Shown: piece by piece, positions 32,623-43,746 of the stretch | Position numbering within the stretch: the first letter of the stretch is position 1 | Layout of the letters: every line of letters begins with the position of its first letter | From: an uncultured delta proteobacterium | Lineage (GTDB): Bacteria; Desulfobacterota; Binatia; UBA9968 | DNA: 64,000 nt | Direction: 5' to 3' | Assembly (NCBI GenBank): GCA_963847445.1 | Contig: CAWJZV010000024.1 | Coordinates: 183,671 to 247,670, forward strand | Program-made: the position numbers and the translations under genes | The notes under the pieces: model-generated | Seen by the model: the letters and a program-made list of their open reading frames with translations, nothing else | Told to the model about the DNA's origin: nothing | The model's database searches: none

Positions 32623-33947
32623 CTACGCTCCGGCCGGCTGCGCGCCCACCGGTGGCGGCGCAGCTTACAGTGGGCTTGGATTTGATCTGCAGTGCCAATC
32701 CGGCGGCGATCATTGCGATAAACCCGCCCGCCATGAATGCCACGTTATACTCGCCGAGATAGTCGCGCACCGCGCCGGCCGCCGACGCCATGATCGCGGC
32801 GCCGATCTGATGGGACATAAAAATCCAGCCGTATACTTTGCCGACATTTTGCCGGCCGAAGGTATCGGCGGTGATCGCCATCGACGGCGGCACGGTGGCG
32901 AACCAGTCCAGTCCGTAAATAATCGCGAAGATGACCAAGCCGGTAAAGCTCGTGACGAAGGGCAAAATCAATAGCGACAGGCCGCGCAAGCGCGTAAACC
33001 AGCGCCAACCATTTATGCGGCGATACCTTATCGACCATCCAGCCGGAAAAGGTCGTGCCGACGATGTTGAGCGTGCCCATGATGCCGACCAAAGACGCGG
33101 CGGCGATCTGCGGGATGCCGATCTCGATTTCATGAGGGATCAAATGCGTGCCGATCAATCCATTGGCCGTGCCGCCGCAAACAAAGAAAGTGCCGCACAG
33201 CAGCCAAAAGGTCGGGTGGGTGACGACTTCGCGCGCCGTGATCGTGGCATTCTTCGAGGACATGCCGCGCAGCGAGGCCGCGCCACCGCCGACATTGGTC
33301 TGTCCGGCGCCGTAGGGCTCCAAGCCGACATCGGCCGGATCGTCGCGCATGAAGAGATACAGCAGCGGCAACAAAAGGATCGCGAGAATGATCAAAACCG
33401 TCGAACCGATGCGCCATCCGGAGTTGGCGATCATCCACATGAAGAACGGCAGAAATATCAGTTGACCCGTCGAACTGGCGCTGCCGAGAATTCCCAGCGC
33501 CAGTCCGCGCCGCGCGACAAACCAGCGATTTCCCACGGTGGCGGTCAACACCGAGCCGACGCCGCCCGCGCCCAGACCTACGATGACGCCCCAAACCAAG
33601 AAAAAATGCCAGAACTCGGTCATGCCAACCGTGCCGCTGACCCCGGTGATCAACAGAATCAGGCTGCCAAGCATGACCTTGCGCGGCCCGAAGCGGTCGA
33701 TCAGCCAGCCACTGATCGGCGCGGCCACGCCGAAGAGCAGCAGATTCATGCTGATCCCCGAAGCGATCAGCGCCCGGCTCCAGCCGAACTCCAGCTGCAA
33801 TGGAAGAATCAAGACTTGCGGCGACGAGCGCACGCCAGCGCTCGTTAGCGTGGTCAAAAAACACAACGAGACAATGAACCAACCATAGTAAAAAGGCAGA
33901 GAGATCGGCGGACGCTTCTTGGGAGTGCCAGGGCTGTCGTGTTCCAT
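32623..33947 (-). CDS. MFS transporter (frameshifts ~32995 and near end)
   Basis: GWLIDRFGPRKV motif A, RWFVARRGLALG, HQIGAA, DYLGEY. Confidence 0.9.
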
Positions 33948-34023
33948 CCCTTCATATAGACTGAATTCGGCGCCAATCACAAACAGGATTGTCCCAGCTA
34001 GGCGAGAAGCCAAAGCGAGTGAA

Positions 34024-34053
34024 TTGACAGCCCGGAGCGCGATCAGATAGTTA
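34024..34053 (+). promoter_or_regulatory. Sigma70-type promoter candidate
   Basis: TTGACA with GATAGT/TAGTTA -10 candidates upstream of the methyltransferase. Confidence 0.45.
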
Positions 34054-34106
34054 TTGCCAATGCGCCCGGTTATTCAATCGCGCTATGAAAGGAACCAAGT
34101 AGCTGA

Positions 34107-34691
34107 ATGAGATTCCCCCGACAAAACCTTGCCGCCATTCTTGCCGCGCTCGCTCTGTCGCTGATAGCGATTACCGACACGACCGCCGACTTTCCCGAAG
34201 AAATCCCCTTCGTGCCGACGCCGACGGACGTCGTCGACAAAATGCTCGAGCTGGCAGAAGTCAAAAAAGGCGACGTGGTCTACGATCTCGGCAGCGGCGA
34301 CGGCCGCATCGTCATCCGCGCCGCGCAAAAATATGGCGTCCGCGCGGTGGGCATCGAAATGGACCGGCTGCTGCTCGACAAAGCTCGTAAAGACGCCAAA
34401 GCCGCCGGCGTCAGCCACCTGGTCGAATTCCGCGCCGAAGACGCCATGAAAGTCGATCTCACCAAAGCCACCGTGGTCACGCTTTACATGCTGCCCTGGT
34501 TCAACGAAGCGATGAAACCGAGCTTCAAAAAATATTTGCAACCCGGCGCCCGCATCGTCGCCCACGATTTTGCCATTGAAGGCTGGGAACCGGACAAGAC
34601 CGTTAAGCTGCCGGACCCGGAGAAAAAGGTCGGCGGGTTGATCCATTATCACACGTTGTTTTTGTGGCGTATTGGCAAGGGTGGGAAGTAA
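34107..34691 (+). CDS. Class I SAM-dependent methyltransferase with N-terminal signal/anchor
   Basis: PFVPTP, VYDLGSGDGRIV, GARIVAHDF. Confidence 0.9.
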   Translation: MRFPRQNLAAILAALALSLIAITDTTADFPEEIPFVPTPTDVVDKMLELAEVKKGDVVYDLGSGDGRIVIRAAQKYGVRAVGIEMDRLLLDKARKDAKAAGVSHLVEFRAEDAMKVDLTKATVVTLYMLPWFNEAMKPSFKKYLQPGARIVAHDFAIEGWEPDKTVKLPDPEKKVGGLIHYHTLFLWRIGKGGK

Positions 34692-34994
34692 CCGCGCAGC
34701 TGCCCTGGTTACCGACTTAGGGCTGGCCGCCATTGGCCTCACGACGCCGGCATTGCGTCTCGCCTCGGACGCCAAGTAAACCGCGGCATACCGGATCACT
34801 CAGCACACGACCTTGACCGGCTCGTCGCGCAATATGGCATGGGCGGCGCGCCTTCTTGGCGCGCTTTTGAAAATCGACCAGGGCCGCTCGGAACGTAAGT
34901 TAGGTTGAAAGCTGATTTCGCGGACCGCTCCGACGACCGTCGACTTCGGCGCTTTAAGGTTCTTATCTAGAAGCCTCCCGACGCCAGGAATTCA

Positions 34995-35441
34995 TTATTC
35001 CGCGATCTTGACGAATTCACCCCGCAGGGCGACGCCGGCGATTATGTTACCGGCATGGCACTCGAACTCCGTCGGGCTCGACATGACATTTTTCTGATAG
35101 TAGCTGACGATATTGACGACGGCATTGGCGCCCAATTGTTTGGCGCGCTTGTCGAGTTGAATCATCGCCGACAGAAACACCCAGTTGCACGCCCTTTCGT
35201 CGGATTTACCAAAGTTATTGGTCTTTTGATTGGTCACATCGGTGCCAAGCTTGGTGAGAATTTTTGGCGTCTGCTGGTCGCCGAAATAAAACTTCACCGA
35301 GCCGTCAAGCTTCTCTTTGGCATCTTTGGCTTCCAAGGCGGGTGCGATCGGAAACATCAGTTTGTCATCGCGCGCGTGCGCCGGCCAAGCAGCGCTCAAG
35401 GTTACAACGGCGACAATCGTTAATTGAGAAATTTTTTTCAT
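34995..35441 (-). CDS. Small secreted protein of the 'excinuclease ATPase subunit' (YbjQ-like) family found at ends of APE clusters
   Basis: Signal AHA/RD, KTNNFGKSDERAC, GANAVVNIVSYY, FECHAG. Confidence 0.78.
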   Translation of the reverse strand: MKKISQLTIVAVVTLSAAWPAHARDDKLMFPIAPALEAKDAKEKLDGSVKFYFGDQQTPKILTKLGTDVTNQKTNNFGKSDERACNWVFLSAMIQLDKRAKQLGANAVVNIVSYYQKNVMSSPTEFECHAGNIIAGVALRGEFVKIAE

Positions 35442-35501
35442 CGATCTACTCCTTCCTGAGTGAATTATGGAAACTATAGATCTACTCAACGGCAATATCC
35501 T

Positions 35502-35862
35502 TTATCCGAGATCTTCACCAAGTCGCCCTTTGCAACTGACAGTGAGTCCAACATCTTCGAATCGACTGTGCTCGCCATTTCCTCTTCCGATAATGCTGAC
35601 GATGTTCACCACGGTATTGGCGCCGGCTCATGCGCGAATTCGAAATGCCGGAACGCGGTCAGGCCCGCGGCACCGGTTTCGGCGCGGCAGTAGCTGCCGA
35701 GGTTCTTCAAGATCGCCGGTGATTTTCGTCGCAACGAAAAACTTGACCCGCCTGGGCCGTCGCTGACATCTGTGGCGCCATGGCGTCGGCGATTGGCACT
35801 AGCACTCGACATTACGTCCATAGCCCGCTCCGCCATGGAAACAGCGAAACTAACGCATCATG
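35502..35862 (-). pseudogene. Decayed tandem paralog of the adjacent secreted protein
   Basis: Broken-frame segments VKFF..KSPAILKNLGS, GANTVVNIVS, KGDLVKISD match the neighbour's VKFYFG..PKILTKLGT, GANAVVNIVS, RGEFVKIAE. Confidence 0.68.
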
Positions 35863-35897
35863 AGCAGACCAACGATTTCAGACACCTAAAAATTTCC

Positions 35898-37127
35898 CTA
35901 AGCCATTCTCCGAAAGATCAACGAGGTGTTGATGCCGCCGAAGGCGAAGTTGTTGGACATGACATACTCGCACTCGAGCGCGCGGCCTTCGTTGACGATG
36001 TAATCCAGCTCGGCGCAGGCGGGATCCACGCTGGCCAGATTGATCGTCGGCGCGAACCAACCGCTGCGCATCATTTCGATCGTCATCCACGCTTCCAGCG
36101 CGCCGCAAGCACCGAGCGTATGTCCCATGTAACTCTTGAGCGAGCTCACCGGCACCTGGTTGCCGAACACGTTGCGCGTCGCCAGCGATTCGGCGACATC
36201 GCCATGTTGCGTGCCCGTGCCGTGGGCATTGATGTAACCGATCGCCGAGGGCGGCAAATTGGCGTCGGCCAGCGCCAGCTCCATCGCCACCTGCATGGTT
36301 TTGGCGCTGGGCTGCGTGACATGACAGCCGTCGCTGTTGGTGCCGAAACCGACGATCTCGGCATAGATCGGCGCGCCGCGCGCTTGCGCATGGTCGAACT
36401 CTTCGAGAATCAGCGTGCCGGCGCCCTCGCCAAGGACCAAACCATCGCGATCGATGTCGAAGGGGCGCGGCGTGGTATCGGCGGCATCGTTGCGCACGCT
36501 GGTAGCGAACAGGGTATCGAAGACCGCCACCTCGGTGACGCATAACTCTTCGGCGCCGCCGGCGATCATCGCCCGCTGCCGGCCGGCGCGGATCGTTTCA
36601 TAGGCATAGCCAATGCCCTGGCTGCCGGAGGTGCAGGCGCTCGAAGTCGTAATGATCCGCCCGGTGACGCCGAGAAATACCCCGAGATTGACCGGCGCGG
36701 TATGGCCCATCATTTTGATGTAAGTGGTGGCATTGATGCCCTTGGTGCTTTTCTCGCTGATCATCAAGCCGAAATCGCAAATCGCTTTCGGCGTGCCGGC
36801 GGAAGAACCATAAGCGATGCCAAGCTGGCCGCTCGTCACCAACGGATCGCCGGCGAGCCCGGCGTCAACGAGCGCCAGCTCGCTGGCGCGGGTCGCCAGC
36901 AAAGCGACCCGCCCCATGCTGCGCATCGACTTGGTGGTGTAGCGCTCCGACAGGGCAAACTCCGCCGCCGGCGCGCCCAACAGGGTATGCAGCCCGTCGT
37001 AATCGCTCCATTCGTCCATGCGCTTGACCGCGTTGCGATACTCGCCCAAGCGCGCGCGCACACTCGGCCAATCGTTGCCGAGCGGACTGATGCCGGCCAT
37101 GCCGGTAACGGCGACGCGGCGCTTCAT
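35898..37127 (-). CDS. Beta-ketoacyl-ACP synthase (ApeR/FabB-like)
   Basis: MKRRVAVTGMAGISPLG, SSACTSGSQ, NAHGTGT, KSYMGHTLGACG, NNFAFGG. Confidence 0.93.
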   Translation of the reverse strand: MKRRVAVTGMAGISPLGNDWPSVRARLGEYRNAVKRMDEWSDYDGLHTLLGAPAAEFALSERYTTKSMRSMGRVALLATRASELALVDAGLAGDPLVTSGQLGIAYGSSAGTPKAICDFGLMISEKSTKGINATTYIKMMGHTAPVNLGVFLGVTGRIITTSSACTSGSQGIGYAYETIRAGRQRAMIAGGAEELCVTEVAVFDTLFATSVRNDAADTTPRPFDIDRDGLVLGEGAGTLILEEFDHAQARGAPIYAEIVGFGTNSDGCHVTQPSAKTMQVAMELALADANLPPSAIGYINAHGTGTQHGDVAESLATRNVFGNQVPVSSLKSYMGHTLGACGALEAWMTIEMMRSGWFAPTINLASVDPACAELDYIVNEGRALECEYVMSNNFAFGGINTSLIFRRMA

Positions 37128-37854
37128 GCCAGACCTCCGTTGACCGAAATCACTTGGCGGGTGATATATGCCGGCGTCGGCGCTCAAGAGAAAGCTCACC
37201 AGCGCGGCGACTTCTTCCGGCCGGCCGAGCCGCCGCGCCGGAATCAGCTTGAGCGCTTCGTCGAGCGGCACGCTCGGCGCGTCATGTCGGTTTCGATCAA
37301 GCCGGGAGCGACGCAATTGACGGTGATGTCGCGCTTGGCCAGCTCCAAGGCCAACGCCTTGGTGGCGCCGATGATGCCCGCCTTGGCCGCGCTGTAATTG
37401 ACTTGGCCGCGGTTGCCGATCACACCGGCAACCGACGATAAGGTGACGATGCGGCCCGGCGCACGCCGCCGCACCAGCGGCATGATCAGCGGATTAAGGA
37501 CATTGTAAAATCCGTCGAGATTGGTTTTCAGCACGATGTCCCAATCCTCCCCGCTGATCGCCGGAAAAACATTGTCGCGAACCACGCCGGCGTTACAAAC
37601 CACGCCGTAGTAACAACCATGCTGGGCGATGTCGGCTGCGAGCGCGGCGGCGACCGCGGCGCGGGCGGCGATATCGAACTGCAAGACGCGCGCTTGCCGT
37701 CCCATGGCGGTGATCAATTCGAGCGACATCGTCGGCCTCGGCGCGCCGGCTCTGACAGTGCACGATGATATCGAAACCATCGCCCGCCAAGCGCAGGGCG
37801 ATGGCTTTGCCGATGCCCCGGCTCGAGCCGGTCACTAACACGCTCAGCACTCAT
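37124..37854 (-). CDS. fabG: 3-ketoacyl-ACP reductase (ApeQ/FabG2-like), frameshifted
   Basis: VTGSSRGIG, NAG, NYSAAKAG, VAPGLIETDM. Confidence 0.9.
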
Positions 37855-38304
37855 GTCAACGATCCGTTGCATGGGTTTGTCGCCGTCGGCGGACTGGAAC
37901 ACGGTAACGTTAGCGCTGGCCACCATGCCAGTCTCGTCTTCGATGCGGCAATCGAAGGCGCCAAGCCCTCTTGGCTCTGCAAGACGCGTTTGACGTAAAT
38001 TTCTAACCGGCTGCCCAAGGCGAAGCTTGGCTGCTTGCACTCGTAGTGCCGGGTGCCAAGCAAATAACCGATGCGCACCGGCTCACCGCGCAGGCGGGAT
38101 CGATAGCCGGCGAAGGCGCCGATCGCCTGCGCCATATATTCTAATCCGACCCAGCCACCAATGGCACCGTCGACGAAAAACAAACTGTTCGCGCGCACCC
38201 GCACTTCGGCGCACAGACTCTCGTCATCGGCGGCGATCGACCCGGTCAAGCAAAACCATCGGTCCCGAGTGCGGCATTAAATCGCGAATGTCCGGTAGAG
38301 TCAT
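37851..38304 (-). CDS. Hotdog-fold dehydratase (ApeP-like), frameshifted
   Basis: LMPHSG, GLEYMAQAIGA, GYLLGTR. Confidence 0.85.
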
Positions 38305-38305
38305 G

Positions 38306-39501
38306 TCAATCTCTTGCCAGTACCAGCGTCACGTTGGCGCCGCCAAAAGCGAACGAGTTGCTCACCGCCCAGCGCGGCGGATGTCCTAGTCTGGTCGTCG
38401 GCGTGGCCAATTGCAACACCGGTAATTTGGGATCGTCGATGCCATCCCATAAATGTGCCGGCAGCTTGCCGGTCGGATTGTCGTCCTGCATCGCCAGCCA
38501 GCACAGTCCCGCTTCGATCGCCCCCGCCGCCCCCAGGGCATGGCCGGTAAAGGGTTTGGTCGAGCTGACGAAAACATGATGACCGCCGAACACCCGATGG
38601 ATTAACTCAGCTTCCATGGCATCGTTCTGCACCGTGGCGGTGCCATGTAAATTGACATATTCGATCTCCGCCGACGTTACCGCGGCGCGCGCCAAAGCCT
38701 GTTCTAGCGCCAAGCGCCCGCCGACGCCAGCGGGATCTGGCGCCGACATATGGTAGCCGTCGGACGACTCGCCCCAACCGCGCAGGCTCACCGTTGCCGG
38801 TTCGCGGCTGACGAGAAATAACGCCGCGCCCTCGCCGATGTTGATGCCGTCGCGATTGCGGCTGAGCGGATTACAGCGCGTCAGTGCTGAGCGATTCAAG
38901 GGCGGCGAAGCCGGCCACCGTGAAGCGGCACAAAGTGTCAACGCCGCCGGCCAGCACGGCGTCGCAAAGCGTTCATGCGGATCAGCCGCGCCGCGCTGGC
39001 CAGCGCCTTGGCGCTCGACGCGCAGGCGCTGGAGTGGACATAGGCCGGTCCGCAAATACCCAGCTCCCTCGCCAAGACCGTAGCCGGTGAAGCCAACTCT
39101 TGCTGGCCATAGTGAAATCCTTCCGGCAACGCCCCCGTCGAGACATAATCACGCAGCGCGGCTTCCGCTTCGGCGACGCCGGAGGTGCTGGTGCCGATGA
39201 CGACACCGACGCGTGCGTCGCCATAGCGTTCGATCGCACTTTCCACGGCCGGACGGATTTGCTCCAAAGCGGCGAGAGCGATCTGATTATTGCGGCTACG
39301 GTCAGGCAAGGGCCATTCATCCATCGGCGGCAATGGCAAATTGCCATCGATCCGGCCAAGCGGCAATGGCCGTCCCGGTGAATAGCCATCGGACAACGCC
39401 ACGCCACTCCGCGCCAGTTCCAACAGCGCGCGCTTGGTTGCGTCGAGGCTATTGCCGAGCGGGCTAATCATGCCCAGCTGGTTGAGATAAATCATGCTCA
39501 T
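38306..39501 (-). CDS. Beta-ketoacyl-ACP synthase (ApeO-like), frameshifted
   Basis: GTSTSG, SSACASSA, GINIGEGA, NLHGTAT, KPFTGHALGAAG, NSFAFGG. Confidence 0.9.
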
Positions 39502-40058
39502 GGAGTACTCGAAATCGACTGTATCGTCAGGCGATACCGATAGCGCAGATTGGTCAATTCAATCTTGCCGCTCCAACGCGGCTCGCCGCTGTAATCGATC
39601 ACCAGCACCGGTTGATCGAGCAGTCGTAGAGTCCGCCGACGGCCATCCTCGGCGATGCTCCAGCCGGCCGGCAAGGCTTTCTCAATAACCTCGATGGGCC
39701 ACAACGTCAGTTGCAAATCTTCTAAGACATCCTCGCCGCGCAACTGCTCCGGCACGAGCGGATGGCGCCAGGATTGGAGCGAGCGGCCATCGTAGTGCAG
39801 CGCGAGAATCCGTTGGCCGAGCGCGAGACCGACCATGTCGAGCCGCTCCGGGTCAATTTCGAGGGCGGCATCGAGCTCGTCGACACGGCCTTGTCTTTCG
39901 ATGCTGAGATGCTGCTGCAAACTGAGCGTTACTCCCAACGTCGCCGGTGCGAGTCTAAGTCCCAAACGCGCCGGTTGTGCTGGCGCATCGGCGCAGCCGA
40001 GCGAATGAAGCGCGATCGCCGCGAGCAGCACCCAGACCCAGCTCAGCCCTGGTAGCAT
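39498..40058 (-). CDS. DUF3261 lipoprotein (ApeN-like)
   Basis: Lipobox LGC; LEDLQLTLWP, LPAGW; position in APE cluster. Confidence 0.78.
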   Translation of the reverse strand: MLPGLSWVWVLLAAIALHSLGCADAPAQPARLGLRLAPATLGVTLSLQQHLSIERQGRVDELDAALEIDPERLDMVGLALGQRILALHYDGRSLQSWRHPLVPEQLRGEDVLEDLQLTLWPIEVIEKALPAGWSIAEDGRRRTLRLLDQPVLVIDYSGEPRWSGKIELTNLRYRYRLTIQSISSTP

Positions 40059-41267
40059 AGTTCCTCCAGCGCCGCCAAGCGCCGCCGGGTTTGGCTAACA
40101 TAGGGATTACTGCGGTCCCAAGCGTAACCCGCCAGGATCGCCGCGATCATGCGGCGGATATCGGCGCGCTGCACCGGATCGAAAATAATTCGCTGCAAGC
40201 CGCCGCGATACCAGGACTCGACGAAGGCGCGGAAGGTGTCGACGCCTTGCTGAAGGGGTAGGGCAAATTCCTGCTCCCAGTCGACCGTAGCGCCGGCGAG
40301 CTGGCGCGGTACCAACGCCGCCGCCAGGCTGGCTGATTTGACAGCGATGGTGACGCCGGAAGAAAAAATCGGATCGAGAAATTCGCCGGCATTGCCGAGC
40401 AGCGCGTAACCGCGGCCCGACAACGAACTGACGTTGCAGGCATAACCGACCAGCTGCCGCACCGGCGTATCCCAGCGCGCCTGGGCGAGCAAGCGGTCCG
40501 TCGCGGCATCGGCGGCGATCAAGGCGCGCAAGCGCTCAAGTTCCGTACCCTGATAGCGCGCCAGCGCTTCGAGCCCGCCGACGACGCCGATCGAACAACG
40601 GCCGTCGCTAAACGGGATCACCCAGTACCACAGGTCGCGGTTATCCGGCTGCACGTTGATGCGAATCTTGTTGCGGTCGAAGGCCGTCGAGGTAATCCGG
40701 TCTTCGACATGGGTGAAGAGCGCGCCGCGCACCGGAAAGTCCGAAGGCTTTTCCAAACCTAGCAAACGGGGCAGCACCCGGCCGAAGCCGCTGGCGTCGA
40801 GGATGAAGCCGGCTTCGACGATGTATGTCTCATTTTGATCGTCCTTGACCGTCACGCGCGGGCGCGCGCCACTCAAGATCCACGGCGATTACCTCGTGGC
40901 GAAAGCGAATCTCCGCGCCTTGGCGCTCGGCTTCGAGCGCCAGCAAGTGATCGAAGCGCGCCCGCGGTACTTCGTAGGTGTAACTCCAACCGGCGGAAAA
41001 TTTATCGCTAAAATCGAATTCGCTATACTGCTCACCGCGGCCGAAGGCGGCGCCTTCTTTGATTTGAAAGCCGGCGCGCTGCACCGCGCCGAGCATGCCG
41101 GCCTGCTCGAGATATTCCATGCTTTGCGGCAGGAGACTCTCGCCGATGCTAAAGCGCGGAAACTGTTCACGCTCCAGCACCAATACGCCCAGCCCCTGGC
41201 GGCACAGCAGTGCCGCCGCCACTGCGCCCGACGGTCCGGCGCCGATGATTAGTACTTCCACATTCAT
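40043..41267 (-). CDS. FAD-dependent halogenase-like oxidoreductase (frameshift ~40875)
   Basis: GAGPSG, FPRFSIGESL, WYWVIP (WxWxIP), GNAGEFLDPIFSSGV. Confidence 0.85.
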
Positions 41268-41302
41268 GTTCAATACCAATTTACTCCGAATGGAAAAAGT
41301 TT

Positions 41303-41393
41303 TCACCACGAAGGCACGAACGATCAGCAGCGAAAGTTCGGACTTTTTTACCATCCGAACCCTGTGCGGGTCCTGTGCGTGCCTTCGTGGTGA
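41303..41393. repeat. CACGAAG-family palindromic element, copy 3
   Basis: TCACCACGAAGGCACG...TTCGGA..TCCGAA...CGTGCCTTCGTGGTGA inside APE cluster. Confidence 0.8.
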
Positions 41394-41394
41394 G

Positions 41395-43746
41395 TCAGTC
41401 CGCATCCGCCTGGCGAAAACACGGTACGATCAGCGCCACCGTGCCGATACCGATCGCCATCGTCAATCCGAAGGCGCGCAGCGCCGGCGTCTGGCTCAAG
41501 CCAAGCAAGCCGAAGGACAAAAGCGTGTTTAACGCCGAGATACCGACAGCAAGCCAGGCGGTGCCGTCTTCTTGACTGTCCGGCTCTTGCAAAATAATCC
41601 CGTAGTCGACGCCGATGCCGAGCAGCAGCAGGAGCGCCAACAGATGAAACAACTGCAGCCCTTGGCCGGCGATGCCCAGGAGCGCCAGCGTCAGCAGCGT
41701 CGCCACCGCGGTGGGCGCCAAGACCCGCCAACTGGCTCGGCGATAGCGCGGATAAAGCAGTGCATAGACCGCAACGTATGAGACCAGCAGCACCCAGCCC
41801 ATGTAGTAGCGATAGGCGCCGAGCAGCGCGGAAATCTGGCTGACTTGATCGATCCAAACGACACCTTCGAGACGCGCTGCGGCCTGGCCAAGGGCGGGCA
41901 AGCTGCTCCTGGTCACGCCGCGAAGCGCAACGATGCTGGCGTGTTGGTCACCCACTCGGCCCAACCAAAGATGGCGCCAAGGTTGGCTCGCCGGCGATTT
42001 GAAAAAATCATCGACGGTGATCGGCAGTGCCGCCGCCAGCAAGCGCTCACGAGCGGCGCTCCACCATGACGGAGCTTCACCGAGCTTAGCCGCCACGCTC
42101 GCCAACGCACCCTGCTCGTTTAATAGCGATCGCTCGATCAGCTGTCGGCGCGACGCCTGCAAGTGCGCCGACGGCAGCCAGTTGGAAATCGCCTGATAAC
42201 CGGTGATCTGTTTTTGTTGAACTAGCAGATCGAGCCGCTGTTTTAGCGTCTCCTCCCGTTGCAAGAGCGCTTCGGCGCTGGCGGCGCGCAGCAAATAGAA
42301 TTGCACCGGCGTCGCCAGGTCGAGAATTTTGCCGAGCTTCACCTGATCGTCGAGCAAGTTCTGCGGCGGTTTTTGCAGTGCGCGAATGTCATCCTGCACG
42401 CTCAGGCGCAAGCCGCCGAAGAGCAGCAAACCGGCAAACGTTAGAGTTACGTAAAGCGTCCGCCGATCGGACGCCAAGCGCGGCCAAGCCGTCACGGTGC
42501 GACCATAGCGTTGCGCCCAACGGTGCAGGCCCAGCGTAGCGGGGCGCGCCAAAGCGGGAAACCAACAAACCACCGTGAGCCAGGCGAAAATCAGTCCGGT
42601 GCAGGAGAACAGCGCCATCTGACGCAGACCGGGAAACGGCGTCAGAACCAAACCGAGATAGCCGATCAGCGTCGTCACCATGGTTAAAATCAGCGCCGGC
42701 AGGATCCGCCGCAATAAGCGCCAGGAATCGAGCGAGTCATTTGCCGCGCTCGCCCTTTGGCAGAAAAAATAAATGCCGTAATCCTGCGCCACGCCGATCA
42801 AGCTGGCGCCGAAAACCAAAGTGATCAGATGAATGCGCTCGAACAAGAGCCATGAACAAATCGACAGCGCGCCCAGACAGCCGATCGCCATGGAGAGTGT
42901 GACTAAAATAATCGGCTTGAGCGAATGAAACGTCATCCAGATCAAGAATAGTATACCGGCCATCGAGCCGGTGCCGATGATGAACATTTCTCGCTGTGCT
43001 TGGTTCGCCGCGGCGGCGGCGTGGAGAATAACGCCGGCTTGAACGATCTCAATCCGCTTGCTGGTTTGCCAGACAGCTTGCCGCGCTTGCTCGAGCACGG
43101 GCATGACCGCTTGCTGTCCGGCGAGCGCGAACGCCGGCACCCGCAGGGTCAGCGGCAGGACGACATAATGGCGCTCGCCGGTGCTGACCGATAATTCGCC
43201 GGCCCGCGGCCGCACCGGAGTTTCTTGGGCGCGCGCCAATAGCCAATTATTGAACAAGCCGAAGGGATCCTCTTGCCACGCCAGCGGCTGCGGCCCGGCG
43301 AAGGGGCTGTAGAGTTTCGCCAGGGCGCGGTCGACCCAATAAGACGGCGCTTGACTGCGCAGCGCCGCATCATCCTCAGACGTCAACAGCGTCAGCCGGT
43401 GATTTTTAAAGGTCGCCAGCCAGTCGGTCTCGGTGCGCTCGGTAATCGCTTCGGCGGCAAAAAGCAGGTGGCGGTACGGCGCGATAGTCTGGCGATAGAC
43501 AGCGGCGGCCCGCCGCGCGTCGTCCCAATCGGCCGCGCCAATCAGCACGATGACGCGCTGCTCGGCCGCCTCGACCATTTGCGGCAACGCCCGCTGCACC
43601 ACCGGATCGCGCCCCATGGCCGGCAGCAGCGCGAGAATATTGGTGTCAGGCACCAGCCGTTGCTGCCACCAAAGATAGCCATTGTGAATCACAACCACGG
43701 CAACCACCGCGGCCCACAACCAGGGAACCCATTGGCGCGGATTCAA
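41395..43746 (-). CDS. MMPL/RND-like exporter (ApeM-like)
   Basis: DTNILALLP, FGASLIGVAQDY, FPGLRQMA, LGIGVDY; two TM clusters; probable TTG start. Confidence 0.87.
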   Translation of the reverse strand: MNPRQWVPWLWAAVVAVVVIHNGYLWWQQRLVPDTNILALLPAMGRDPVVQRALPQMVEAAEQRVIVLIGAADWDDARRAAAVYRQTIAPYRHLLFAAEAITERTETDWLATFKNHRLTLLTSEDDAALRSQAPSYWVDRALAKLYSPFAGPQPLAWQEDPFGLFNNWLLARAQETPVRPRAGELSVSTGERHYVVLPLTLRVPAFALAGQQAVMPVLEQARQAVWQTSKRIEIVQAGVILHAAAAANQAQREMFIIGTGSMAGILFLIWMTFHSLKPIILVTLSMAIGCLGALSICSWLLFERIHLITLVFGASLIGVAQDYGIYFFCQRASAANDSLDSWRLLRRILPALILTMVTTLIGYLGLVLTPFPGLRQMALFSCTGLIFAWLTVVCWFPALARPATLGLHRWAQRYGRTVTAWPRLASDRRTLYVTLTFAGLLLFGGLRLSVQDDIRALQKPPQNLLDDQVKLGKILDLATPVQFYLLRAASAEALLQREETLKQRLDLLVQQKQITGYQAISNWLPSAHLQASRRQLIERSLLNEQGALASVAAKLGEAPSWWSAARERLLAAALPITVDDFFKSPASQPWRHLWLGRVGDQHASIVALRGVTRSSLPALGQAAARLEGVVWIDQVSQISALLGAYRYYMGWVLLVSYVAVYALLYPRYRRASWRVLAPTAVATLLTLALLGIAGQGLQLFHLLALLLLLGIGVDYGIILQEPDSQEDGTAWLAVGISALNTLLSFGLLGLSQTPALRAFGLTMAIGIGTVALIVPCFRQADAD

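Noticed and set aside
34107-34691. Methyltransferase as the missing ApeB
   Set aside because: Opposite strand, own promoter, signal peptide and a different family (PFVPTP/DLGSGDGR); no evidence of linkage
35898-37316. FabG-ketosynthase fusion; likewise the GT2-acyltransferase extension 46703-48034
   Set aside because: N-terminal parts are out-of-frame or frameshifted neighbour sequence; separate coupled starts are visible at 37127 and 47683
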